Positions 9,558 through 18,423 are shown, counted from the first letter of the stretch. The stretch is DNA of 25,944 bases from a virus (IMGVR_UViG_3300025103_000138:1-25944), one strand, 5' to 3'. Notes: generated from the sequence alone by a model not told the origin. Made by a program: numbers and translations.

Positions 9558-9794
9558 ATGACTGCTAAAGGAAGTCAATCGTTAAACGATCTATATCTCC
9601 TTATAGGTAGACTAGAAGGAAAGGTAGATCGTGTACTAGTAGAGCAACAAAATATAAAAGATATGGCTTCTAATAACGATGCAAGGATACAACGTCTAGA
9701 AAAAGATAGGGCTATGGTTTATGGTTCAGCGGCTGTTCTTGCTTTCATCGGTAGTGCGTTGATGTGGTTTATTAATCATCTATTCAAAGGCTAG
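9558..9794 (+). CDS. Small coiled-coil protein with C-terminal TM helix (XhlA/holin-like)
   Basis: 78 aa. IGRLEGKVD...RIQRLEK coiled coil followed by hydrophobic AMVYGSAAVLAFIGSALMWFI. Confidence 0.55.
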   Translation: MTAKGSQSLNDLYLLIGRLEGKVDRVLVEQQNIKDMASNNDARIQRLEKDRAMVYGSAAVLAFIGSALMWFINHLFKG

Positions 9795-10015
9795 AAATAT
9801 TTAGAAACAACAGTATATAATTTGTCAGTGTTAGTATTTAAATAACTAATAAAATTTTCTATAAGAGTTTTGTTTTCATATTCAGGGAAACACTCTTCTA
9901 CAACCTCACACCATTGTTCTGATGTGAGGTTTTCTTTTTTAATTTCTATATGTCCTTCTTCAGTTAAATGAACTTGAAGATTTAGTAACAATATTTTATT
10001 ATCTTTTACTGTCAT
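9791..10015 (-). CDS. Hypothetical protein (last gene of the replication arm)
   Basis: 74 aa, tightly packed behind the upstream minus-strand genes. Its stop overlaps the + arm stop in CTAG. Confidence 0.6.
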   Translation of the reverse strand: MTVKDNKILLLNLQVHLTEEGHIEIKKENLTSEQWCEVVEECFPEYENKTLIENFISYLNTNTDKLYTVVSKYF

Positions 10016-10022
10016 TTAACTT

Positions 10023-10289
10023 TCATACTCGTTTAATTTTTGGTACAAAATCATACCCATCTTCTGTTTCTAGTACACCATAATCTAAAACAGAGCCTTC
10101 TTCTTCTTCTTCATCACATTCATAAATAGAAGAAGAAAAGGGGTTTGATTTTTTAGCCGCTTTTATATCTTTATATTTTTTTATTGTACTCAAGTATCCA
10201 ATACCCCCACAACATGCACAAGGAATCCCCTCTGCTTCTTCTCCTTCATCACATTCAGAACAGATATCTATAATTTCAAATACACTCAT
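10023..10289 (-). CDS. Small acidic Cys-rich protein (DnaJ-type zinc-finger-like CxxC...CxxCxGxG)
   Basis: Start reassigned to MSVFE (AAGGA upstream). Contains CSECDEG and CACCGGIG motifs. Confidence 0.6.
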   Translation of the reverse strand: MSVFEIIDICSECDEGEEAEGIPCACCGGIGYLSTIKKYKDIKAAKKSNPFSSSIYECDEEEEEGSVLDYGVLETEDGYDFVPKIKRV

Positions 10290-10305
10290 TTTGTTTTCCT
10301 TTTCT

Positions 10306-12219
10306 TCAAACAATGTCCACAATCTCACAGAAATCCCCAGTACAATTTAGTGTCTGGGAACTAATCGTATTGTCCTCTCTTTCATATTCAGACAGTCCCT
10401 TCCAATCGATATCTTTAGGCATACGTTTAAGTAACTCCTCATACTCCTTCTTTGTACAGTCCTGATAAGGAGCTTGCTCGTAGATATGTTCAGACATAGG
10501 TAGAAAACTTACACCTGACATATCATCAAAGTTCTCATACACAAATGCACCAACTTTTAGCCACTCATCCTCCTTGACACTAACCGTTATGGATGGCTTG
10601 TGTTCGCACCAATATTCAGCATAGATTTTCCATATCTCCAGATGCTCAATGGCTGTCATATCGTGCCTTGTTATTGCATCCTTTGGGGCCTTGATAGGGA
10701 AGGAGAATACAGCAGTGGACTCTGGCTTCTTGTTATCATCCTCAACAGGGAACCCGGCATCAGTCATAAACAAAGTCAACGGGTCTTTCTTATCTGCACG
10801 TACTGTTCTGATGTAGTATTCTGAATGTCTAGGATGAATACCAGAGGCGGCATCAACAAGCTGACTGACGGTGCCGCTAGGCTTAACACAAGTGATAGCA
10901 GCGGACGGCTCTATGTTCAGCATGGTTGACCACTTACGATTAGTATTGACTGCACATGTCCTGAGACTACCTAACAGGGCAGGTAGACTGTCCCTTGTCT
11001 TGTTGGCTAGCATAGCGTTATCAAGTATGCCTGTTAGGGATACACCTAATAGACGCTCCTCTTCTGTATTCTTAGACCACTGCCTACCCAGACCTTTGAA
11101 ATCGGTAAAGCAAGATTGGATCGTACCAAGGATTGTTGCGAGTTCAATCTTTCTTTGTAAGGATTCTGCTGTATCATCTGCCCTGACAACAACCTCACTT
11201 AGATTACAGAACTGTTTAGGGCGTAGGATGATCTCACTACATGGGTTCGTACCGTAATCAACATCAGACTCCCGGCGTCCGTACTTAGCAGCTTGCTTCT
11301 GTGCAGCTTGACGGTTGAAGATACCTCGTTCGCCCGACTTACTATCATACAAGGCGCTCCATTCACGTAGGAAGGAGCCTGTATCCAGCCCATCTGTATA
11401 GCATACAGAGTTGTTAGCGAAGGATCGTTGGGGTTCTGTGTTCCACCAATCACCCGACTTAGCATGACGCATACGGTCATCACTAAGGTTAGACAGGCTA
11501 ATCAGTGCGGACCTACGTACCCCACCTACAACCACAACGTCAGCAATCTTACACATAAGATCGTGGCATTCCAAACTGTTAAGCTTACGACCTTGGGCGT
11601 TCTTAAACATATTAACAGCGAATTTAAATAGTTCGTTCAATGGTTCAGGACCGCTTGCCCTGCCGCCAAACGTCTTCAACTTGGCACCCTGTGGTCGTAC
11701 CTTAGACATGTCCCATTGAGGAACCTGTCCAGCATACAACAGGTTGATCAGTTCTTTGAATGACCGGAACCATCCTTCCTTACTATCCTGTACGATGATA
11801 CAGGTTTCACTAGATTCAAGCTGATCAGGAATATTAGGGAGTTGGTTGATGAACTGACGTTCAACACTGAAGCCTACACCTGTGCCATGCATCAGGATGT
11901 ATAGGCATTCATCAAAGGAACGAGGGCTATCCACAGGCAGGTAACTACAGTTATATGCAGCGATATGGTTACGTTCTAGTGCAGGTCCAGCAGTCATCAT
12001 AGCCCTCATGGAAGGCATCACCTTCATTGCCACGATAGCTACATATAAATCAGTGAACAGTTCCTTTGGCATATCAAAACTATGTTCCTTCTTCAGGAAA
12101 TCCCTGTAGAAGTTAAGCAGTCTGGTTACTGTTTCCTCCCATGTCTCTCTGCGACCTTCCTCCTCAAGCCAACGACTATAACGAGATTGATGAATGAACG
12201 CTTGATAATCAGTCTTCAT
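10306..12219 (-). CDS. nrdJ: Adenosylcobalamin-dependent class II ribonucleotide reductase, monomeric (RTPR/NrdJm type)
   Basis: Motifs PSMRAM, YNCSY, GTGVGFS, GGVRRSA, TNPCSEI (radical Cys), FCNLSEV, TCVKPSGT and C-terminal CTGDFC. Start reassigned to MKTDYQ (GAGGAG upstream). Confidence 0.95.
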   Translation of the reverse strand: MKTDYQAFIHQSRYSRWLEEEGRRETWEETVTRLLNFYRDFLKKEHSFDMPKELFTDLYVAIVAMKVMPSMRAMMTAGPALERNHIAAYNCSYLPVDSPRSFDECLYILMHGTGVGFSVERQFINQLPNIPDQLESSETCIIVQDSKEGWFRSFKELINLLYAGQVPQWDMSKVRPQGAKLKTFGGRASGPEPLNELFKFAVNMFKNAQGRKLNSLECHDLMCKIADVVVVGGVRRSALISLSNLSDDRMRHAKSGDWWNTEPQRSFANNSVCYTDGLDTGSFLREWSALYDSKSGERGIFNRQAAQKQAAKYGRRESDVDYGTNPCSEIILRPKQFCNLSEVVVRADDTAESLQRKIELATILGTIQSCFTDFKGLGRQWSKNTEEERLLGVSLTGILDNAMLANKTRDSLPALLGSLRTCAVNTNRKWSTMLNIEPSAAITCVKPSGTVSQLVDAASGIHPRHSEYYIRTVRADKKDPLTLFMTDAGFPVEDDNKKPESTAVFSFPIKAPKDAITRHDMTAIEHLEIWKIYAEYWCEHKPSITVSVKEDEWLKVGAFVYENFDDMSGVSFLPMSEHIYEQAPYQDCTKKEYEELLKRMPKDIDWKGLSEYEREDNTISSQTLNCTGDFCEIVDIV

Positions 12220-12358
12220 GTAAGGGTAGCTCCTCTTGTGTATCTTGTGCCTGTGTCTGTGCCTGTAAAATACCATTAATAATATGTGCAACTTCCTTGT
12301 ATGGTTGTCGTGCAAGATAGTTTAAGATTTCATTTATAAGATTATTCTGTAGCTCCAT
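12209..12358 (-). CDS. Small hypothetical protein (49 aa)
   Basis: MELQNNLINEILNYLARQPYKEVAHII...; strong GGAGGAG SD. The LxYLxxxPYxEV pattern recurs in small phage proteins. Confidence 0.7.
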   Translation of the reverse strand: MELQNNLINEILNYLARQPYKEVAHIINGILQAQTQAQDTQEELPLHED

Positions 12359-12581
12359 CTTTCTCCTCCTTCTTTGCTCTACTGCGCTTGACTTTTTCTT
12401 CTTTAACTTCTGAAGCAAGAACTTCCTTTGCACCGATCAAAGCAGCTTCTTCTGCCTCAAGCATTTCTATACGATCACTAATATATTCTCTTGCTGTTTT
12501 GCGTTTTAAACGTGGAAACTTTCCACCATTCTCTGCAAGCCACTCAAGCTCTGCTTTCAGTATTGTAGACACGTTTGTCAT
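12342..12581 (-). CDS. Hypothetical protein (79 aa)
   Basis: Start reassigned to MTNVST with AAGGAG SD. Fills the gap between thyX and the 49-aa ORF. Confidence 0.65.
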   Translation of the reverse strand: MTNVSTILKAELEWLAENGGKFPRLKRKTAREYISDRIEMLEAEEAALIGAKEVLASEVKEEKVKRSRAKKEEKDGATE

Positions 12582-12609
12582 TTCTTCACTCCTTAAAATA
12601 TTGCGGGAC

Positions 12610-13287
12610 TTAAAGATATTCCCCATGTTCATCTAAATTTATCCAACTAATAGGGAACAGTTTAACACATCTCCCTGCAATTTGCTCTGCAATCTTTCTT
12701 GTTTCTTTTTGTGCATCACCGGCAAGGCGCTGTACACATACTCTATGAAACGCTGCGAGGCTTCCTGTCCAGTACCATTCAGTATATGTAGACTGTGGCA
12801 ATACCATACGTGCTTGTTCTGGTGCGATGCCAGCATCTAACATGTTCTGATAGCACTGTAGAGCAAACACATGAGCAGGTTGTATACTATATTCCACGGT
12901 TTCATCAGAGCTTCCTTGCTTCTTATCGTCAGCGGCTAACCTCCACTCCTCTGGTGTATAGAGTTTTGGCGTGGTGTCAACGTACCTTCGACTTATCTCA
13001 TTCCATACTAAGCCTACCTGATGCTTACCTAACTGTCGAGCAACAAACAATGGTGCCTTGATATGAAAGGTTATAGCAGTATGAGCGAAGGGTGTCCAGT
13101 GATTATGCATAGCAAGATATCTAATTAGATTACGATCTACACTACTAACATGGGGGATAGTTTTCTGATACCCATCAATTTCTATTTGATCATAGCCTAG
13201 TTCAACAGAGCGTTTACCAAAGGATACCCTGGCAGCGTTTACTACAGACAGATCGTTTCCCATATGATCTACATATTTAGCCTCCAT
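12610..13287 (-). CDS. thyX: Flavin-dependent thymidylate synthase ThyX
   Basis: DLSVVNAARVSF, HWTPF, APLFVARQLGKHQVG-x-WNEISRRY (phage variant of the RHRx7SxR motif), PEQARMVLPQS, R...AQKE. Confidence 0.95.
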   Translation of the reverse strand: MEAKYVDHMGNDLSVVNAARVSFGKRSVELGYDQIEIDGYQKTIPHVSSVDRNLIRYLAMHNHWTPFAHTAITFHIKAPLFVARQLGKHQVGLVWNEISRRYVDTTPKLYTPEEWRLAADDKKQGSSDETVEYSIQPAHVFALQCYQNMLDAGIAPEQARMVLPQSTYTEWYWTGSLAAFHRVCVQRLAGDAQKETRKIAEQIAGRCVKLFPISWINLDEHGEYL

Positions 13288-13304
13288 ACTTTACGGTTTC
13301 CTCC

Positions 13305-13700
13305 CTATACCAATCTTTTCAAATTCGGTGGTTGATAGCAATCAGACTTAATAACTTTGCCATCTTCTCTGTATACTGGGTTGCCCTCTGCATCAAGCTT
13401 AGACATGTTTGAAGTATGTACACGGTTGAATGCAGAATCAAAGTCCCAACCGTAAGTAACAGCAAACCCAACGCACACATAAACCAGATCACAAAGTTCT
13501 TTAAGTACGTCATCACTCTTATCCTTGCTGATAGCATCCATCAACTCCTCATATTCTTCCTGAATAAGTTTCTTTCGCAAGTTCTTTTCACCATCAATAA
13601 CAGAGGAAGGTTTAGGATACTTCAATCCTACCGGATGCTTGAAGGCACGGTGAAAAATTCTAAGCTTATCCTGTACTGTTTCGCTTTTACCCATCATCAT
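13305..13700 (-). CDS. MazG-like / PRA-PH nucleoside triphosphate pyrophosphohydrolase
   Basis: LIQEEYEEL...KELCDLVYV (ExxE...ExxD), VHTSNMSK, REDGKVIK...YQPP. Confidence 0.88.
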   Translation of the reverse strand: MMMGKSETVQDKLRIFHRAFKHPVGLKYPKPSSVIDGEKNLRKKLIQEEYEELMDAISKDKSDDVLKELCDLVYVCVGFAVTYGWDFDSAFNRVHTSNMSKLDAEGNPVYREDGKVIKSDCYQPPNLKRLV

Positions 13701-13709
13701 TCTATCCTT

Positions 13710-14012
13710 CTACTTCTCTGATTTTTGTTGCTTAATCTCTTTATCCTTGTTGGTAATCTTTTCGGCTTCTGCTCTTGTCTCAGCATCACCATACTTCCCT
13801 AATCTGGAGATAACGGATTGAGGTAATCCCCCTTCTAGCGCACATGCCCACGCATCTTTCATTGTGCCATGAGCATACTCCTCTCCCTCAACAACAAAAG
13901 CTCCTGTGAATGGATTGTATTCACACTCACTAGAAAAATAAACACTCCCTGCTACCCCGCTTATTAAAACAAGTGGAGCAACTATCGCTATAATAATAAA
14001 TTTCTTATTCAT
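13710..14012 (-). CDS. Small membrane-anchored or exported protein
   Basis: Start at MNKKFIIIAIVAPLVLISGVAG (basic plus hydrophobic N-terminus). Two Cys in the soluble part. Confidence 0.6.
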   Translation of the reverse strand: MNKKFIIIAIVAPLVLISGVAGSVYFSSECEYNPFTGAFVVEGEEYAHGTMKDAWACALEGGLPQSVISRLGKYGDAETRAEAEKITNKDKEIKQQKSEK

Positions 14013-14313
14013 GCTTTCCCCCATAAACAACTTTTTTATCTATGTCTTTTATCTCTTCCTCTCTCAACCCTTCTATTAGTTTCTCTAAATACCACTTGGC
14101 TTTTAACAAATCTTTTACCGGGTTTTCCTGATCCTTATACCTGTACCTACTAACATACTTAAAGATGTTACCTTTCAGGTATCCTTTAAACTCTTCCTCA
14201 TTCATACTATCCCTAATTAAATCGATAGTCTCAATTGTATTGTTATTATAATGATCAGGACTATTAATATCTAACCACTCTTCTTCATCTTTGTGTATCT
14301 CTTTCCATTTCAT
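14005..14313 (-). CDS. DUF3310 family protein (T7 gp1.7 nucleotide kinase/SaV-like)
   Basis: INSPDHY...IETID...GYLKGNIFKYVSRY...DLLKAKWYL is the DUF3310 signature. Confidence 0.88.
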   Translation of the reverse strand: MKWKEIHKDEEEWLDINSPDHYNNNTIETIDLIRDSMNEEEFKGYLKGNIFKYVSRYRYKDQENPVKDLLKAKWYLEKLIEGLREEEIKDIDKKVVYGGKHE

Positions 14314-14645
14314 TATTCTTTTTCCTTTCTCTTATTTCTAATATGGAACGGTACAATATTTTCTCCGTAGTTTACATACTTTTGTTCTTCTACTTTTGTA
14401 CCTCGCATGTATAAGGTATCAGGATCGTCTTCCAACATACTAAAAAAACCTTGTGTTATAATTTTTACTGTTGATGCTTCTTCATCTTGAATAGAATCTA
14501 AAACCCTGACAGTAAACTCTCCATCTTCTCCACTGTCAGAAAGAATTACTAGTATGTTATCTTTTCTTATTAAGGAAAAGAAATCGAACACCGTGTCTAA
14601 TTCCAACAATGCCTCTGCCTTATTATCTATGTCTTTGATGTACAT
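14313..14645 (-). CDS. Hypothetical protein
   Basis: 110 aa, overlaps both neighbours, with a C-terminal NIVPF motif. Confidence 0.6.
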   Translation of the reverse strand: MYIKDIDNKAEALLELDTVFDFFSLIRKDNILVILSDSGEDGEFTVRVLDSIQDEEASTVKIITQGFFSMLEDDPDTLYMRGTKVEEQKYVNYGENIVPFHIRNKRKEKE

Positions 14646-14995
14646 GTTATGTCCTTTTTAATTAAGTCTAGAAAATAGGAAGCGTTTATGATTGCAAGCG
14701 GCGCTTCTCTGTTCATCTTAATAATTAGTACAGGTTCTCCTTTTCCTTCATGGCCTGTTGCTTGTTGGTATGCATCGTATATTCCTTTGTATCCTTCCCT
14801 TGCTTTACACTCTATCTTTAAAGGTATTTGCTTTGCAGCTAGGGGAGACAATTTAATATCTGCACCAGTTTCTCCCATGATAGCCCCACGAATATCTCCT
14901 TCTTCCAACGAAGAAAATCTTTTATACAGTTGGTCCTTAACCCAATCCTGTAAGCGTCTACCTTTAGCTTTCCTTGATGCTACAGATATAGACAT
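14627..14995 (-). CDS. Holliday junction resolvase-like PD-(D/E)XK endonuclease
   Basis: SRKAKGRRLQ, MGETGADI, IECKA and PVLIIK match archaeal-Hjc-type phage resolvases. Confidence 0.82.
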   Translation of the reverse strand: MSISVASRKAKGRRLQDWVKDQLYKRFSSLEEGDIRGAIMGETGADIKLSPLAAKQIPLKIECKAREGYKGIYDAYQQATGHEGKGEPVLIIKMNREAPLAIINASYFLDLIKKDITCTSKT

Positions 14996-14998
14996 TTG

Positions 14999-15397
14999 TT
15001 AATTCCAAAAATTGTGTTTATTGTAATGTTTATCATGAAGCTTTTCAAACTCTTTTAAAAATACTTTTTTAAATTTTTTAGTGGAAAACTCAGATAAGTT
15101 TTCTTCAACTACCATACAATCTCTTGGAGAATATACTACAATTTCACCTCTATTTAGCTCATCCCCTATTTTCTTAAAGTCTTCTAACATTCTTTCCAAG
15201 CCTACCTCTTCTGTATCTTCTTGATAAAAGTCTTCCTCACTAATAGAAGAGAGATACTTTTTGTATCTAACTAGAAGATGATTAGGTTTAATAAAATCTA
15301 ATGATGGAAGTTTATTAGGTATAAATTGTATGTACTTTACCAGGTGATTTAATGTTACATCCTCTTCTGTTATAACTGATTGAGTTAATAGTGTCAT
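14999..15397 (-). CDS. Hypothetical protein
   Basis: 132 aa, ATGA-coupled to the primase-helicase stop, AT-rich. Confidence 0.6.
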   Translation of the reverse strand: MTLLTQSVITEEDVTLNHLVKYIQFIPNKLPSLDFIKPNHLLVRYKKYLSSISEEDFYQEDTEEVGLERMLEDFKKIGDELNRGEIVVYSPRDCMVVEENLSEFSTKKFKKVFLKEFEKLHDKHYNKHNFWN

Positions 15398-17004
15398 TCT
15401 AAATCTTCCCTATCTTCCATCACCTCTTCCATTCTCCCGTTATCAGGGTTGTAATACAAACGACAAGCCGGTCCTGTCAGTCCAGAGAACCTGTTCTTAA
15501 TCACACGTACAGTAGTAGTGTTCCTTTCCTTTTCATCTTCATGCTGCCCATTACGTTCTAATCCGAAAACGATATCACTCAACTGTCCAATTGATGCAGA
15601 ACCTCTAAGCTGGCTAAGAGAAGTCACTGCGCCTTCTTCATGGCCTGATCCTGATGGCCTACGCAAATGACTAACTAGAAATAAAACGATATCCAACTCT
15701 TGAACTACGGTTCGTAGCTTTGTCATGATTTCATCTAAGGCTCTACGTTCATCTGAATTTGTTTGATCTGATACAATGATTGACACATGATCCAAACAAA
15801 CGAACTTACAATTCAAAGCCCTAGAAAAATATCTTACACTGCTGACTATCTTATCGATCTCATTTGAACCAAAGTGATCAAAGAAGTAAAGCCTTCCAGT
15901 ACCCAATGTGCTATCAAAATAATTTTTAAACTCCTCGCTAGGTGTGGTTTTGTATACATCTGGTAAATGGAGAGGCTTGTTAGCTTCTAACGACATCATG
16001 GCAAGGCCGGTACGGCGTACCGATTCTTCCATGAACATCATGCCTATACTTTCTTCTGTATTTTTTAACACATGATAGGTAAGCTCCCTCATAAATTGAG
16101 ACTTACCTAATCCTGATCCGGCAGTAACAGTGATAAGTTCTCCTGTTCTTATACCGTAAGTTAATTTTTGTATCCCTCCGAAAGGATAGTTAATTATAGC
16201 TTCCGACTTATCTTCTTGGACAATTTCCCACATGTCCTTTCCTGATATGATACCGTCAGGTGTATAGCTTTCCGCCGCCCACCAATCTTCCAAGAAGAAT
16301 TTCTCACGGTTGTTCATAAGATACTCATTAGCATCCTTATGATGCTGTAATTTTACTATCTTAGCCTTGGGACTTAGTAACTCTGCAACTTTCTTCGCCG
16401 CCGAAATTCCAGGTGCATCATTATCAAAACAGATTACGATGTTATCAAAAGACATAAGCCATTCATAGCTTTCCTTTACATCTTTAACTGCACTCTCTGC
16501 TCCATTCTTTATAGATACACAAGGCCACTTCGATCCAAGCAATTGGTAAGCACTAAGAGCATCGAGTTCCCCTTCACAAAGGGTGACAAATTTTCTTCCA
16601 CTATTGAAAGCCTGTTGCCCAAACAAACCAGAGCCTACAATAGTACCCTCTGAATAAAATGTTTTAGAAGAAACATTACGTATCTTATGAGCAACCAAAG
16701 AGTTATCTGAATTGTAGTAAGGATAGTAATGCTTATCCTTTTCTTGTCTGACATTATATTTTTTGCAAGTGTTTTCCAATATCCCTCTTGAAGGAATGGC
16801 GGCAATGATGCCTTGGGTAAGTATGTTCTTAGAAACTTTGTTGGTAATCACCTGACTTTGGTTTCCTTTCTTTCCATGGATATGGTGTGTACAATCTGGA
16901 GTGAAACAATGCTCCCCTCCATCGGGGAAGATCACCAGATTATCTTTGCTATTGCATTGTGGACAAGCAGTTCGTTGTGTTGTCAAGGGTATCTCCTCAT
17001 GCAT
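15394..17004 (-). CDS. T7 gp4-like DNA primase/helicase
   Basis: Zn finger CPQC...CFTPDC, TOPRIM EGELDA and FDND, Walker A GSGLGKS, LDHVSI, VSHLRRP, LRGSASIGQLSD, KNRFSG. Confidence 0.96.
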   Translation of the reverse strand: MHEEIPLTTQRTACPQCNSKDNLVIFPDGGEHCFTPDCTHHIHGKKGNQSQVITNKVSKNILTQGIIAAIPSRGILENTCKKYNVRQEKDKHYYPYYNSDNSLVAHKIRNVSSKTFYSEGTIVGSGLFGQQAFNSGRKFVTLCEGELDALSAYQLLGSKWPCVSIKNGAESAVKDVKESYEWLMSFDNIVICFDNDAPGISAAKKVAELLSPKAKIVKLQHHKDANEYLMNNREKFFLEDWWAAESYTPDGIISGKDMWEIVQEDKSEAIINYPFGGIQKLTYGIRTGELITVTAGSGLGKSQFMRELTYHVLKNTEESIGMMFMEESVRRTGLAMMSLEANKPLHLPDVYKTTPSEEFKNYFDSTLGTGRLYFFDHFGSNEIDKIVSSVRYFSRALNCKFVCLDHVSIIVSDQTNSDERRALDEIMTKLRTVVQELDIVLFLVSHLRRPSGSGHEEGAVTSLSQLRGSASIGQLSDIVFGLERNGQHEDEKERNTTTVRVIKNRFSGLTGPACRLYYNPDNGRMEEVMEDREDLE

Positions 17005-17833
17005 AAGTGTCAGTTACTTCTGGTACATTGGGTTCTCTTATAACTTTACTAAGATATCTCAAGCTATCCTTATACTTAAAGATACGCAGGTCTTCCCAAC
17101 AATCTGTCTTGAAGGGACAGTACACACAGTTCCTGTTGAGCTTCATGTTTCCAGACTTACCATCTGGCACTGGTGAATAACAAAGGGAAGGAGGGACAGG
17201 ATCATCAACTGCTTTCCTTATCTGATCAATTCTTTTATTAGCGTTGATGATACCGAAATCATCTATCTCTAACAAAGTTATCTCACCAGTGACCTTGTTG
17301 ATAGCTAAGAAGTATCCGTTATTTTTTCCCTCTGCCAGAGCATACCCACTAATCTGTCCTATGTATCCGAAAGGATCGTCGTTCTCTAGCGTACCTAATT
17401 TAAATTTACGAAAGGCAAAGTCACTAGTAGACTTAACATCCACTAACTCCCCATCTATCTTACAATCGATATGTCCTTTCACTCCGTTTAGTGTGACCTC
17501 TTTCTGCTCATCTGTTACGGAATGACCGGCCTCTCTTGTTAGGAAGATAAGAAGCTCTTCTAGTATACTACCATATAAAAACTTAACCAACAGTGAACCT
17601 TTAGGCGGCGTATCTTTTTTTGAATTATTAAACTCCATCCATAAACGTCTAGTAGGTTTTCCTATGGAAGACATTCTCAGCGTTGGTTTGTCGGTGTACT
17701 CCCTTCTATTTTCCATTTGTTCTCTCATAACTTTTTCCATTCCTTTTAAAAAAGAAGAGAGATTGTCCTCAGATAAAGTATGTTCGTTTTCTAAAGTGGA
17801 ATAGATATCTTCTACTAAAGTTTCAATCTTCAT
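16997..17833 (-). CDS. Cas4-like PD-(D/E)XK exonuclease
   Basis: LRMSSIGK, GHIDCKIDGELVDVKS, YxxQxxxY and C-terminal CVYCPFKTDC. Confidence 0.85.
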   Translation of the reverse strand: MKIETLVEDIYSTLENEHTLSEDNLSSFLKGMEKVMREQMENRREYTDKPTLRMSSIGKPTRRLWMEFNNSKKDTPPKGSLLVKFLYGSILEELLIFLTREAGHSVTDEQKEVTLNGVKGHIDCKIDGELVDVKSTSDFAFRKFKLGTLENDDPFGYIGQISGYALAEGKNNGYFLAINKVTGEITLLEIDDFGIINANKRIDQIRKAVDDPVPPSLCYSPVPDGKSGNMKLNRNCVYCPFKTDCWEDLRIFKYKDSLRYLSKVIREPNVPEVTDTYA

Positions 17834-17841
17834 TCCTATCT

Positions 17842-17978
17842 CCTGTTTCAGGTTCTAAGTGTATAGCTGCCCCATCTTATCAATAGGGTACAAAGAAAAA
17901 TTTAAAACTTTGTACACCTTGGATACCCTCGCCCACTATACTTCTTGACAATGCAAGTACGAAAGCACTTATGTCAAG
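17842..17978 (-). ncRNA. Candidate structured cis-regulatory RNA/ssDNA element between SSB and exonuclease
   Basis: Three separate helical elements can be paired by eye: 17944-17978, 17861-17941 (multi-stem with a G-rich internal loop) and 17842-17852. No family recognised. Confidence 0.45.
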
Positions 17979-18003
17979 CCCTTACAATACTAACTAAGCC
18001 GAC

Positions 18004-18423
18004 TTAAAACTCCTCATCAAAATCATCGTCGCCGCCAAAGTACTCTACAAGAGAGAGAACCTGAACCTTATTAAGGTATAAGGATGTTCCATATTGATCT
18101 GCCATTGGGTGATCAGCATTCGGAACAACCCTAACCCTTACATCAGAACCATTACCAATCAACGTAGTCTGCACATCAATAGGCGTCTTGTCAGCATCCA
18201 TTGCTGTAACCTCAAACTTGGAACGAGGAGTAACGAACTCACCCCTATCGTCCTGCTTGTCCTTGAGCCTTACACCAAGGTCCAAGAGGGTTTTCTTAGA
18301 CTGTTGAGACAGGTTGCCTACATCGAGTTGGTACTTATCGCTGTACTCATCCGGTGCTTTGAGCTTAGTCCAATAAGCTTTGCCTTGGATGATATAGCTA
18401 TCTGCTTTTTGTTTTACTGCCAT
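18004..18423 (-). CDS. Single-stranded DNA-binding protein (T7 gp2.5-like)
   Basis: GKAYWTKL, IGNGSDVRV, LNKVQVLSLVEY and an acidic tail ending in Phe (DDDFDEEF). Start reassigned to MAVKQ (AGGAGA SD). Confidence 0.88.
   Translation of the reverse strand: MAVKQKADSYIIQGKAYWTKLKAPDEYSDKYQLDVGNLSQQSKKTLLDLGVRLKDKQDDRGEFVTPRSKFEVTAMDADKTPIDVQTTLIGNGSDVRVRVVPNADHPMADQYGTSLYLNKVQVLSLVEYFGGDDDFDEEF

Noticed and set aside
12220-12315. His-rich N-terminal extension of NrdJ (HRHRHKIH)
   Set aside because: It is an off-frame reading of the upstream 49-aa gene (QAQTQAQ repeat). The real start is MKTDY with its own SD.
12470-12545. GGKFPRLKRKTAREYISDR as a third copy of the 29-aa virion motif
   Set aside because: Only GKFP and AR match, the alignment needs a gap, and the conserved Trp is missing.
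17944-17978. Two opposed TTGACA hexamers as promoters
   Set aside because: Neither has a plausible -10 at 16-18 bp. They are better explained as arms of the hairpin.
17975-17985. CAAGCCCTTAC near the structured element as a telomerase-like template for the terminal repeat (CAAGCCTTAG)
   Set aside because: The match needs an indel, covers less than one unit and is expected by chance. No reverse transcriptase is seen in the window.
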